Assembly (NCBI GenBank): GCA_038523235.1
Contig: JBCBJQ010000129.1
Location: 1-15,134, forward strand
DNA length: 15,134 bases
Reading direction: 5' to 3'
Origin: Cyanobacteria bacterium J06626_4
Lineage (GTDB): Bacteria > Cyanobacteriota > Cyanobacteriia > Phormidesmidales > Phormidesmidaceae
The notes under the pieces are model-generated. The model was not told where the DNA came from. It was given only the letters and a program-made list of their open reading frames with translations, and made no database searches. Position 1 is the first letter of the stretch. Each line of letters starts with the position of its first letter. Positions 1-9,572 of the stretch are shown here, in pieces. The translations under genes and the position numbers were made by a program.

Positions 1-44
1 GTATTTTTTGCTTGATCTTCGCTGTGATCTTGGCTCATCTAGGC

Positions 45-161
45 TGTGGAAATCGAATTAGGGTCGCGGATGAAGATCAAGCACCTAGCACGACTGATCT
101 GTGGAAAACCTGTGGAAAACTAGACCCTGTTGGGGAAAACAATCAGAGTCATTGTGGAAAA
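45..161 (-). promoter_or_regulatory. Cluster of five co-oriented DnaA boxes (cyanobacterial consensus TTTTCCACA on the - strand); oriC-like or dnaA/dnaN-proximal region, probably extending left of the window
   Basis: + strand TGTGGAAAA at 100-108, 111-119 and 153-161 (perfect), TGTGGAAAT at 45-53 and TGGGGAAAA at 131-139 (one mismatch each). The 100/111 pair is separated by 2 nt. An AT-rich stretch follows at about 186-240. Confidence 0.75.
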
Positions 162-319
162 AACATGAACGGGCACGAAAGACTGATTTTTTTAAATTTG
201 AGGCAATAAGTTTCAAGGTTTGTAACGTTTTATTACCAAATCCCCTCATTTTCTAGGTCGCCTCCTCTTTTTTGCTGCCCATTTGGTGCCCAGACTCGGA
301 TTGGTCTAGCCGCTGCCGC

Positions 320-1045
320 TCAAATCGCGAGGTCAGCGAGGCCGAGATAGCGGATGGCTGGAGGCGTCACCTCAAAGCGACAGGGCAAAACTTCAACGCC
401 TGCCGCGATCGCCGTACGCAGCAATTCCCCGTAGGTCGGATCTTTTTCATCGCCGGGGGCAAAGGCAGTGCAATCACCGCGATTGATGAAATACAGCATC
501 ACCGCTCGGGCTTCAGGCAGCAGCTGGGTCAATTCCCTCAAATGCTTTTGACCGCGGGTGGTCACCGTATCGGGAAACAGGGCCAGCGTCTCTTGGGCCC
601 AAGTCGTGTTTTTGACCTCAATATAAATGGGACGATCGCCCGTTCCCGTGAGCAAAAAGTCGATGCGGCTTTTGCCGTCAGTGCCATACTTGACCTCCGA
701 ACGAATCTCGTCGTAGGGGCCTAATTGCGGCAAGAGACGATGTTCGAGCACTGACCTGACAACGCGATTGGGCAAAGCGGTGTTGGCCCCCGCCCAGGTG
801 GCGACAGTGTCATCAACTGCAGAGAGTTCCCAGGTATAAGCCAGCTTGCGCTTAGGGCTGGGATTGTGAGAAACCATGACCTGGCCGCCGATATGGCAAA
901 CGCCGGTCATGGGGCCGGTGTTAGGGCAGTGAGCCGTAATGACTTCGCCAGACTCGAGCTCAATATCCGCAAAAAATCGCTTGTAGCGCTTGAGCAATTT
1001 GCCTGCATATAGTGTGGGAAATGGGTAATGCCAGTCTTGGGTCAT
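320..1045 (-). CDS. sfsA: DNA/RNA nuclease SfsA (sugar fermentation stimulation protein A), 241 aa
   Basis: Motifs KRYKRFFAD, AHCPNTGPM, SEVKYG, SRIDF, YIEVKN and FPDTVTTRGQKHLREL. Start reassigned to ATG 1045 (MTQDWHY), because the longer ORF extension lies antisense to the 6S RNA. Confidence 0.95.
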   Translation of the reverse strand: MTQDWHYPFPTLYAGKLLKRYKRFFADIELESGEVITAHCPNTGPMTGVCHIGGQVMVSHNPSPKRKLAYTWELSAVDDTVATWAGANTALPNRVVRSVLEHRLLPQLGPYDEIRSEVKYGTDGKSRIDFLLTGTGDRPIYIEVKNTTWAQETLALFPDTVTTRGQKHLRELTQLLPEARAVMLYFINRGDCTAFAPGDEKDPTYGELLRTAIAAGVEVLPCRFEVTPPAIRYLGLADLAI

Positions 1046-1156
1046 AGAAATAAATTGATTAGGGCAGCGATCGCGGACATCGCACTCAGCCGCTCGTAGT
1101 GCGTGGAGGCAACTGATGGAACTCAGAGCATACCCTTCGTTACTGAGCCAGCTTCT

Positions 1157-1162
1157 TAGGCT
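1157..1162 (+). promoter_or_regulatory. Putative -10 element (TAGGCT) of the 6S RNA promoter
   Basis: TAnnnT hexamer 7 nt upstream of the predicted 6S 5' end (about 1170). Confidence 0.4.
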
Positions 1163-1169
1163 GTCCCTG

Positions 1170-1355
1170 ACTGGCATCCGCATCAGTGTAGAAGTGACAA
1201 CTGCGATCAGAGTACAGCCACCCTGCTGAAGCCTGGCAGATGCATGAACGTTCTCTCGCTTCAGAGACATCGCGTGATGACTCCGGCCTTATTCGCTGCC
1301 TCCAGCAACCCTCCGCACTCGGTTTACGGCAACGAAGGGAGATCAGGTGCCCGGT
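1170..1355 (+). ncRNA. ssrS: 6S RNA (cyanobacterial 6Sa/SsaA), about 186 nt
   Basis: Signature segments GTAGAAGTGACAACTGCGATCAGA (1188-1211) and TCGGTTTACGGCAACG (1319-1334) resemble cyanobacterial 6S RNA. Closing stem GGCATC (1173-1178)/GGTGCC (1346-1351), purine-rich central bubble, inner stem GAGT (1210-1213)/ACTC (1317-1320). The length fits and it is divergent from sfsA. Ends are approximate. Confidence 0.85.
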
Positions 1356-1397
1356 TTCCCACTATGCCGCGATCGCGATTCGAACTCCTGCTGTTGC

Positions 1398-2060
1398 CTA
1401 TTGCAACAGCGCTTGCCAGGTAGCGGGGCCAACCACACCATCAGCCACTAACTCGACGCTAGCTTGAAAATCTTGAACCGCAGCTTCTGTAGCCGGGCCA
1501 AAAATGCCATCAATGGCACCTTCGTAGAAGCCCCGACTATCTAAAGTTTCTTGTACGCGGGAAACTGCAGGCCCCGTCATGCCAATTCTGAGGGTCGGTA
1601 AAGCCACCGGAGCGTCCGGGGTATCGGTCGCGTCCTCAGCATCACCAGTAGCCGTTGCTGGGACATCCGGTGGGGTGAACTCAGTGGAAGGACTGGGCAA
1701 GAGGGCTTCCCAGGTGGCGGGGCCGACGATGCCGTCACTATTGAGTCCCGCATCGGTTTGAAAGGCTTGGATCGCCGCCTCGGTAGAGGTCTGATATTGG
1801 CCGTCTACGGGGTCGTTGAAATATCCCAGTAGCGCCAGCATGGCTTGAATTTCTGAAACCGCACTGCCGGTACTGCCCATGCGCAACGTGGGGCGCGTCG
1901 TAGCTTGGGCGATATGGACTGCGGCTGGGGCCGCGATCGCCTGAGAGACTAATCCCGTAGCCGCAGCCGCCATGGTTACAGGCGTCACAATCAAGCCCAA
2001 TAGAAAAACCGGGCTCAGACATCGTTGTGGCAACCGGGGGGAGATGAAAAGCCGAGTCAT
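1398..2060 (-). CDS. Exported peptidoglycan-binding protein with two PG_binding_1 domains and no catalytic domain, about 220 aa
   Basis: Two repeats of PTLR-x-G...DGI/VVGPATW-x-ALL joined by a Pro/Thr/Asp linker. The N-terminal hydrophobic segment is followed by an Ala-rich stretch. Start taken at ATG 2060. Confidence 0.9.
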   Translation of the reverse strand: MTRLFISPRLPQRCLSPVFLLGLIVTPVTMAAAATGLVSQAIAAPAAVHIAQATTRPTLRMGSTGSAVSEIQAMLALLGYFNDPVDGQYQTSTEAAIQAFQTDAGLNSDGIVGPATWEALLPSPSTEFTPPDVPATATGDAEDATDTPDAPVALPTLRIGMTGPAVSRVQETLDSRGFYEGAIDGIFGPATEAAVQDFQASVELVADGVVGPATWQALLQ

Positions 2061-2224
2061 GGGTTTCAAGATCCTGATGAGAGTGGTCAAGGCGTGCAGT
2101 AGTGAGCAGTTGTCGTCGGTCAATCAGCGGCTGAGCAGCCGAATCAGGGAATATACTTGCGCATTCTCTGAGCAAATATACCGGCAAATTCCCTATAGGG
2201 TACCGTGGAGTCTCAGACCGCAAG

Positions 2225-3073
2225 ATGTTTTCTATGGTTTCTTTCCGAAACAGCCAATTTCAGGCAATTTTAATGGGCTTAGTGATTGCCGATGCGGTGA
2301 GTCACGGGCAAATGCCTTGGGGCCGATCAAGGGCAGAACAGCCATCGGGGCATGCCGGGTTGCCCCGATGGCCCGGCCATGTGGAGAGCGATCGCTGGTG
2401 TCATCACATCGTGACTCAGCTGCAATCAAGCCACGCGGAACCACCTCAATCTGGTGCGCCAGAGTTGACAGGGCCGAGGTCACCCCAATTGTCTGAGCCG
2501 CTTGAGGTAACCAGCCTGTTAGCCACTTTACCGATGCGGCTATGGCAATTAGATCAACGCCATCACCCAGACGCCCTCAGCCAGCCATTGCCGTCAACGC
2601 TGAGAGACACTGTCTTGACAGTCTTTGATCACAGCTTGGTGGCCGCGCTTAATCACGATGTTCTGGCTTTGACAGCGCTCATTCGTACGGTGAGAGACAC
2701 TCCTGGGGCTGAGCTTGACCCCTTATCCCAAACTTTGATAATTGGCTGGCAACATGTGCTGACAGCCCCCGGCGATTTTGAGCTGGCAGTGGGGCAGAGC
2801 CTGTATACCGCGTCACCAGCCGTAGGGCTGCCAGTGTTAACGGGGATTTTGAGTGCCGCTTGGGGAGGCGAAAACAGCCTCCCAATCGCGCTGCGGCAAC
2901 TGCTGGTAACACCCCCCACAAGCTTACGAGGTTGGTTATTAAAACGTTGGCAAATCGCCGATGCAGCGAACCTTCGCACCCTGGCCCAAGGACTTTGGCG
3001 ACAATGGTCGGGCAGCCATGCGACTGAGGGGTCAGAGCCCCTAGCCATCGCCGTTCAGCCGGTGTCCACATGA
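2225..3073 (+). CDS. Degenerate ADP-ribosylglycohydrolase (DraG/ARH)-fold protein, probably catalytically inactive
   Basis: N-terminal SQFQAILMGLVIADAVS matches the ARH first helix (RFRGCLLGLAVGDALG type). C-terminal GDFELAVGQS...LTGILSAAWGGENSLP matches the last helices. The TDD and DTDT/DSDT acidic motifs are absent. Confidence 0.7.
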   Translation: MFSMVSFRNSQFQAILMGLVIADAVSHGQMPWGRSRAEQPSGHAGLPRWPGHVESDRWCHHIVTQLQSSHAEPPQSGAPELTGPRSPQLSEPLEVTSLLATLPMRLWQLDQRHHPDALSQPLPSTLRDTVLTVFDHSLVAALNHDVLALTALIRTVRDTPGAELDPLSQTLIIGWQHVLTAPGDFELAVGQSLYTASPAVGLPVLTGILSAAWGGENSLPIALRQLLVTPPTSLRGWLLKRWQIADAANLRTLAQGLWRQWSGSHATEGSEPLAIAVQPVST

Positions 3074-3432
3074 GGGGTGAGGAAACCCTGATCGCTCAAT
3101 TTGAGGACGTCTATAATGACTGAACGGTCTCCTTTCTGAAACCCAATACTGATACCTGTGACTAAATTTGTAACCGGCGGCCCCGAAGTCAGCTCAGACG
3201 ATACCGTAAAGATACTGACATTAGGATACCGTTTGGTGAACTGTAGCCCAACGCGAGGTGGCGACTGTGTTTGATTTCTGGCTAAGTGGGGCATCTTTAA
3301 GCGACTTCCAGTATGGCCGAGATAGTTTGATACTGCGTGTAGACAGTTTGATGACAATAGACTGCTGTTTAGGCAAGGGGCTAACACCAACGCTCCTTGT
3401 CAATCGTTAGGTCACCCCCTATTGCGATGGCC

Positions 3433-6003
3433 ATGAAAAAGATTTGGCGGTGGATTCAGCAAATTGACCGGCTACAGCAACCGCCGGAACGTCAGGAGAC
3501 GTCCCTAAATTCTGGTAACCTGCTCAAACCCGCTGGGCTCAAGTCGGTGCAGCCAGGGTTACCCCAACCCCTGCGTGCGTGGCACCGGCGTCGCAACCCC
3601 GATATTTTTGATCCCCTGCCGTCTTTGCCGCCGCAAGCCAAGCGCAATCGCTGTTTGCTGGACTTGACGAAACGTCCTTGTGTGCGCCCGACGATCGCCT
3701 TCACCTTGGCAGTGCTCACTCTGACTGCCGCGATGGGGCAGCGCTATTATCGCCAGCCAGAATTGCAGGTGGGCACCCTTTCCCCCAAAACTGTACTCGC
3801 TCCTGACGACGCCTCAGTGGTCGATCAACAAACGACGGAGGAGCAGCGTTCAGCGGCCCGTAATGGGGCGGTGCCGGTTCTCGTGCCTGACCCGACTGTT
3901 AATGAGCGCATTATGAACTCGCTCGACAGTCTCTTCAATCAGGCGGAGATTGTGCGAGAGCAAGCTGGTCAGTTTCCCTTATTTGACGGTCGGCAGCTAT
4001 CGACTTCGACACAAACCTACATTCGGGAGTCGCCAGCCGCCGATTGGGATCCGGTGTGGTCAATTGTGACTGCTGTGGCGACCGATGCCCTCGACACCAA
4101 TAACGCCCGGGCAAATCCCACGACGTTGCTGACCCAACGGGATGATTATCAGACCTTGGATGCACGGCAGCAGCAGACCGCCCGCGGCCTCGTGCGCTAT
4201 CAGCAACTCCAGTCAGCGATGGATCTGCAAGCGCTGCAAATCGTGATCGAAACGGCTCGAGCCGATTTTCAGAATGCGGCAACTGACCTTGAACGGCTAG
4301 CGCAAGCGGAGCGGGGGGTGCCCAATGATCCGGCGTTGTTACGCCTCGAAGATGAAGAATGGGCCACGGTGCAGCAGCAAATTCGCCAAACGCTCGATCA
4401 AATGCTGCTACAGGGCATTGCTGAGGGCGTCCCCATCGAGCTGTTAGAAATCGCTGCCGCTAATCAGCTCAACACCAGCATTCCGAAGGGTGCGAAGGGG
4501 CTAGCGCAAAATCTACTCGTCGCCGTGCTAGAGCCCAACCTGATCAAAGATGCGGAGAGAACTCGGGAAAAAGCCGAAGCGGCCGCCGAACAGGTGGCAG
4601 AAGTCAGAGTCTCCGTCCGAGCCAACGAACCGATTGTGATTCAAGGGGAAGAGATTAACCAATCGGCTTTTGTGTTGTTAGACCACTTTGAACTGAGTCA
4701 GCGCCGTCTCAACATTTGGGGGCTGATTGGGTTTGGCGTGATCATGACTGGGGGCGTCATTGTTTTTCTGCTGGTCGATCGCGCCGTGCGACCGGGCCTC
4801 CGGAGCCAAGACCACGGCTTGATTTTCTGCATTCTGCTGGGCGTTTCTGGCCTGAGTGTGCTGGGCTTTGCAGTGTATAGCCTGCCCGCAGTGGGGCTCT
4901 TAGCCAGTAGCTTTTACGGGTCAACCCTGGGTGCAACCCTAGTGGCCCTGCTGGCTGTGTTATTGCCCATTGGCACCAATGTCAGCATTGTGCCTTTACT
5001 CGCGAGTGCCGCTGGCGGCTTGGCCTGCAGCGTCGTCGCCCCGCGATTGCGATCGCGCGAAGAATTGGCGCTACTGGGAGGCATTGTCGGGGTCATTCAA
5101 GGGGCAGCATACCTGGGCCTGACTTGGATGCTTAACCCCGTCTCCCTATCAACTTGGTATCTGCCGCTGACGGGGGCGGTCTTGCAGGGCATCTATGGCA
5201 TCGTTTCCAGCGTCGTGGCTCTGGGTCTGAGTCCGTATCTAGAGCATCTGTTTGACTTAGTCACGCCGATTCGGTTAGCGGAGCTGTCGAGCCCCAATCG
5301 CCCCTTGCTACAGCGCTTAGCGTCAGAAGCCCCCGGCACCTTCCAACACACGCTGTTTGTGGCCTCGTTGGCCGAAGCGGCGGCCCGTGCCCTGCGTTGC
5401 AATGTGGAATTAGTCAGAGCTGGTACGCTTTACCATGACATTGGCAAAATGCATGACCCCCAAGGGTTTATCGAAAACCAGATGGGTGGCCCCAACAAGC
5501 ATGACGAGATCAACGACCCTTGGGTCAGTGCCGAAATCATCAAAAAGCATGTTAGCCAGGGTATTGTGATGGCCCGTCGCTGCCGCCTACCCAAGGCTGT
5601 GCAGGCCTTTATTCCAGAGCATCAGGGCACGATGCAAATCAGCTATTTTCATCACAAAGCCATGGAATTGAGCAAAACTGACAGCAACATCGTCGTCAAA
5701 GAACCGGATTTTCGCTATCCTGGCCCGATTCCGCAGTCACCCGAAACGGGCATTGTGATGCTGGCTGATTCTTGTGAAGCGGCGCTGCGCTCCTTAAAAG
5801 ATGCGTCTCCCTCCGAAGCGTTAGCGATGGTAAATCGGATTCTGAAGGCGCGTTGGCGCGATGGACAGATGGTGGATTCGGGCCTCACTCGCGAGCATAT
5901 GGGCATGATTGCCCAGGTCTTTGTGCAGGTTTGGCAACAATATAACCACAAGCGCATCGCCTATCCCAAAAGCGTTTTTAATCCGGTCGCGGGGCGGTCT
6001 TGA
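3433..6003 (+). CDS. 7TM-HD membrane phosphohydrolase (7TMR-HDED + 7TM + HDIG), PgpH-like putative cyclic-di-AMP phosphodiesterase
   Basis: One N-terminal TM helix, a large extracytoplasmic helical domain, about 7 hydrophobic segments, then EAPGTFQH, YHDIGK, FIENQ, EHQGT, RYPGPIP and MLADSCEAA. Start is ATG 3427 or 3433. Confidence 0.9.
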   Translation: MKKIWRWIQQIDRLQQPPERQETSLNSGNLLKPAGLKSVQPGLPQPLRAWHRRRNPDIFDPLPSLPPQAKRNRCLLDLTKRPCVRPTIAFTLAVLTLTAAMGQRYYRQPELQVGTLSPKTVLAPDDASVVDQQTTEEQRSAARNGAVPVLVPDPTVNERIMNSLDSLFNQAEIVREQAGQFPLFDGRQLSTSTQTYIRESPAADWDPVWSIVTAVATDALDTNNARANPTTLLTQRDDYQTLDARQQQTARGLVRYQQLQSAMDLQALQIVIETARADFQNAATDLERLAQAERGVPNDPALLRLEDEEWATVQQQIRQTLDQMLLQGIAEGVPIELLEIAAANQLNTSIPKGAKGLAQNLLVAVLEPNLIKDAERTREKAEAAAEQVAEVRVSVRANEPIVIQGEEINQSAFVLLDHFELSQRRLNIWGLIGFGVIMTGGVIVFLLVDRAVRPGLRSQDHGLIFCILLGVSGLSVLGFAVYSLPAVGLLASSFYGSTLGATLVALLAVLLPIGTNVSIVPLLASAAGGLACSVVAPRLRSREELALLGGIVGVIQGAAYLGLTWMLNPVSLSTWYLPLTGAVLQGIYGIVSSVVALGLSPYLEHLFDLVTPIRLAELSSPNRPLLQRLASEAPGTFQHTLFVASLAEAAARALRCNVELVRAGTLYHDIGKMHDPQGFIENQMGGPNKHDEINDPWVSAEIIKKHVSQGIVMARRCRLPKAVQAFIPEHQGTMQISYFHHKAMELSKTDSNIVVKEPDFRYPGPIPQSPETGIVMLADSCEAALRSLKDASPSEALAMVNRILKARWRDGQMVDSGLTREHMGMIAQVFVQVWQQYNHKRIAYPKSVFNPVAGRS

Positions 6004-6205
6004 GGCAGGCGCAAAAATCGCCTCCCCGAGTGTGCTGGCTGAAATGGGATGAGTCATCAAAAAAGCGATCGCCTAAACTAGCGGCAACCTTGGCCTGTCG
6101 TAATTCCTCAAACGTTAAGTCATGGCAAGCTTGATGATGTTTCTATGAATTTTTGAGGCACACTTAACTGCTGGCTATCTACCAAGCGCTAAAGGAGACT
6201 GCACC

Positions 6206-7084
6206 ATGCCAAAGGCCAAAGCTCTGGGAAATACCTTCTTAAAAGCATCCCCCATTTCCTCGCAGGATTTGAGCAATAAAGAAAAAATCTACGTGCCTGA
6301 AGGCCATGAGTTTTTCTTCTATCGCTACGCACCGGATAGAAACCAGCATGTGTTTATGGAACTGGCCTCACCACTCACCACCTTAGACGGGGTGACTCGG
6401 CTGGCCAATGTTTATGGCTATGATCCGCACATCCAGCTTGAGGGTGAGCCTGACCAGCCAACAGGGGGAGCCGGGGGCCGACTGGATACCACTAAGCTGA
6501 TCAAGTTGAATGTGCCTTACTTTCAGCAAAACGATAACGACTCCAGCGTCTTTGGTGCGGGTTGGCGACAGTGCAATACAACCAGCAACTGCATGTTAGC
6601 GGACTATTTATTGCAGGGAGCGCTCACCAAAGCGGCAAAAAACAAAGGGTATCGCGAGCCCGAGTCGGTCTATATGCGGATTGTCGCCAAATATGGCGAC
6701 ACCATTGACCATGCGGCCCAGACGTCAGCACTCAAAGAAATTGGCATCAATTCCTATTTCAGCTATTCGATTTCCTCTAAAGATGTCATGTTGTCTCTGA
6801 GCTATGGCATTCCAGTGGTGGTGGGGTTTGCCTACAAGAGCAGCGGTCATATTTGTGTCATTACGGGTCATGATCCCGTTAAGCGGGTCTTTCTCGTGCA
6901 TGATCCCTATGGCATTCGCTACGGAGCGAGTGATTCTTACGACGTCAACGCTTGGGCCGCCTTTGACCCGTATTCCTATGGCACGATGCAGCAAATCTAT
7001 TGGGATATGGGCAACGAAGCAGGCTGGGGCCGAATTGTGACCAGCGTTAACGGTAAGCCGACGGGGCTGCCAACCGGGTTGTAA
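6206..7084 (+). CDS. C39-like (papain-fold) peptidase with an N-terminal accessory domain
   Basis: LNVPYFQQ, then QCNTTS (Cys), SGHICVITG (His) and VHDPYG (Asp). RBS AAAGGAG at 6191-6197. Confidence 0.85.
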   Translation: MPKAKALGNTFLKASPISSQDLSNKEKIYVPEGHEFFFYRYAPDRNQHVFMELASPLTTLDGVTRLANVYGYDPHIQLEGEPDQPTGGAGGRLDTTKLIKLNVPYFQQNDNDSSVFGAGWRQCNTTSNCMLADYLLQGALTKAAKNKGYREPESVYMRIVAKYGDTIDHAAQTSALKEIGINSYFSYSISSKDVMLSLSYGIPVVVGFAYKSSGHICVITGHDPVKRVFLVHDPYGIRYGASDSYDVNAWAAFDPYSYGTMQQIYWDMGNEAGWGRIVTSVNGKPTGLPTGL

Positions 7085-7468
7085 ACACAGTCCTGGTTAT
7101 TCCTCAATTGGCGCACTCTCAAGCTCTGCAGCTGAGCACAGCTCATCAATCTCAGTAGAGGCAGGGACATGCGCGAAAATAGCGTATCGATCGCCGGGGT
7201 TTGACACTGCCAGCCCCTTACAGAAGCCGGTTCTATCCTGGGACGTGATTGATTTGCGAGTCCCTCAGGTTTTGACCGCCTGCCGCCTGCGACTGTAGAC
7301 CTGACAATGGGCAGAGTTCAAACTCTAGCAGCTTAAAAAACCATCAAATGCTGTGGCGATGCGGCCAGAACAGCGTATGCTTACTGGTCGAGGGCGGTCA
7401 CTGAGCTGCTGTCGATCGCGGCGACGCCAACTGGCTCGGGTGATCGCCAGTCCGCGCCAAACCAATGA

Positions 7469-8815
<1,347 letters not shown>

Positions 8816-8900
8816 GCGCCAAAGTGACCTTCATTGATCGCCCGTCACGGATAGACCGACTATGCTGGAAGCAGTTTTGTCTATCCGCGAGGGGAGATCG

Positions 8901-9374
8901 ATGCAGGCAGCACAATCGAGGCTCAATAACCGACGTAGGAGCTGGTGGGGGCTGCCGCTCAGTGCGGCACTCCTAGCGACTGGGGCGGCACTCCCCAATG
9001 AACCGGCAGTCTCCCTGCAGCCCTTGCAGTTAGCTGACATTGATATCAATATTCCCGTGATTGTGGTGCCCCGTGGTCGCACCCAAATTGACCGGGAAGT
9101 AACGGTGCGATTCATTGCCAGCGGAGATGACTGGGCCACCATTTATTTAGATGGCAACTTCTTATTCCGCGCGGCTAACACCCGTCGCACCTATTCCGTC
9201 ACGCTCGATCCCGGTGCCTACTATCTAGAAATCACTGGCGTTACTCGGTTTGATAGTTGGGGCGCCGGATATTTAGATGTGGGTCGCGACGACGCCAACA
9301 TCGTGGTCGTGCGCTACGGCCAAGACACGGGCATTCAGGTGGCGGGCAATGATCAGATTTGGTTCCCCGAGTAA
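8901..9374 (+). CDS. Hypothetical exported protein with a small beta-sandwich (PEGA-like) domain, 157 aa
   Basis: RBS GGGGAG just before ATG 8901. Basic RRR followed by hydrophobic LPLSAALLATGAA. Mature part ATIYLDG...SVTLDPGAYYLEITG is typical of PEGA-like sandwiches. Confidence 0.75.
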   Translation: MQAAQSRLNNRRRSWWGLPLSAALLATGAALPNEPAVSLQPLQLADIDINIPVIVVPRGRTQIDREVTVRFIASGDDWATIYLDGNFLFRAANTRRTYSVTLDPGAYYLEITGVTRFDSWGAGYLDVGRDDANIVVVRYGQDTGIQVAGNDQIWFPE

Positions 9375-9572
9375 GCATGGGGCGGAGCGATCGCCTGCCT
9401 GCAGGATGTCTCATACCAACGCGGCAAACTAGCGCAACGGGAGGCATGATCACCAACTATGCACCCAGCCCTGGCGACAGCTTCTTGAGGTTTGTGGGCA
9501 TCGTTTAACGCCAGCGCCAAGACAGTGGCAAAATAAATCAGTTACGAACCTGATTACAGGAACTCTTTGATC

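Noticed and set aside
222..236. NtcA site GTA...TAC
   Set aside because: The spacer is 9 nt rather than the canonical 8.
12..266. ORF 12-209 (+) and a short - strand ORF starting at ATG 249 behind GAGGAGG
   Set aside because: Both run through the DnaA boxes and the AT-rich tract and have no recognisable protein features.
1046..1270. 75-aa N-terminal extension of SfsA in the ORF track
   Set aside because: Not SfsA-like and partly antisense to the 6S RNA. ATG 1045 gives a typical length.
3071..3200. c-di-AMP (ydaO) riboswitch upstream of the PgpH-like gene, suggested by GGGGTGA and CCCGAAGTCAGCT
   Set aside because: The fragments are too far apart, and the GGGGGA/ACC and GCTAAC elements are missing at the expected positions.
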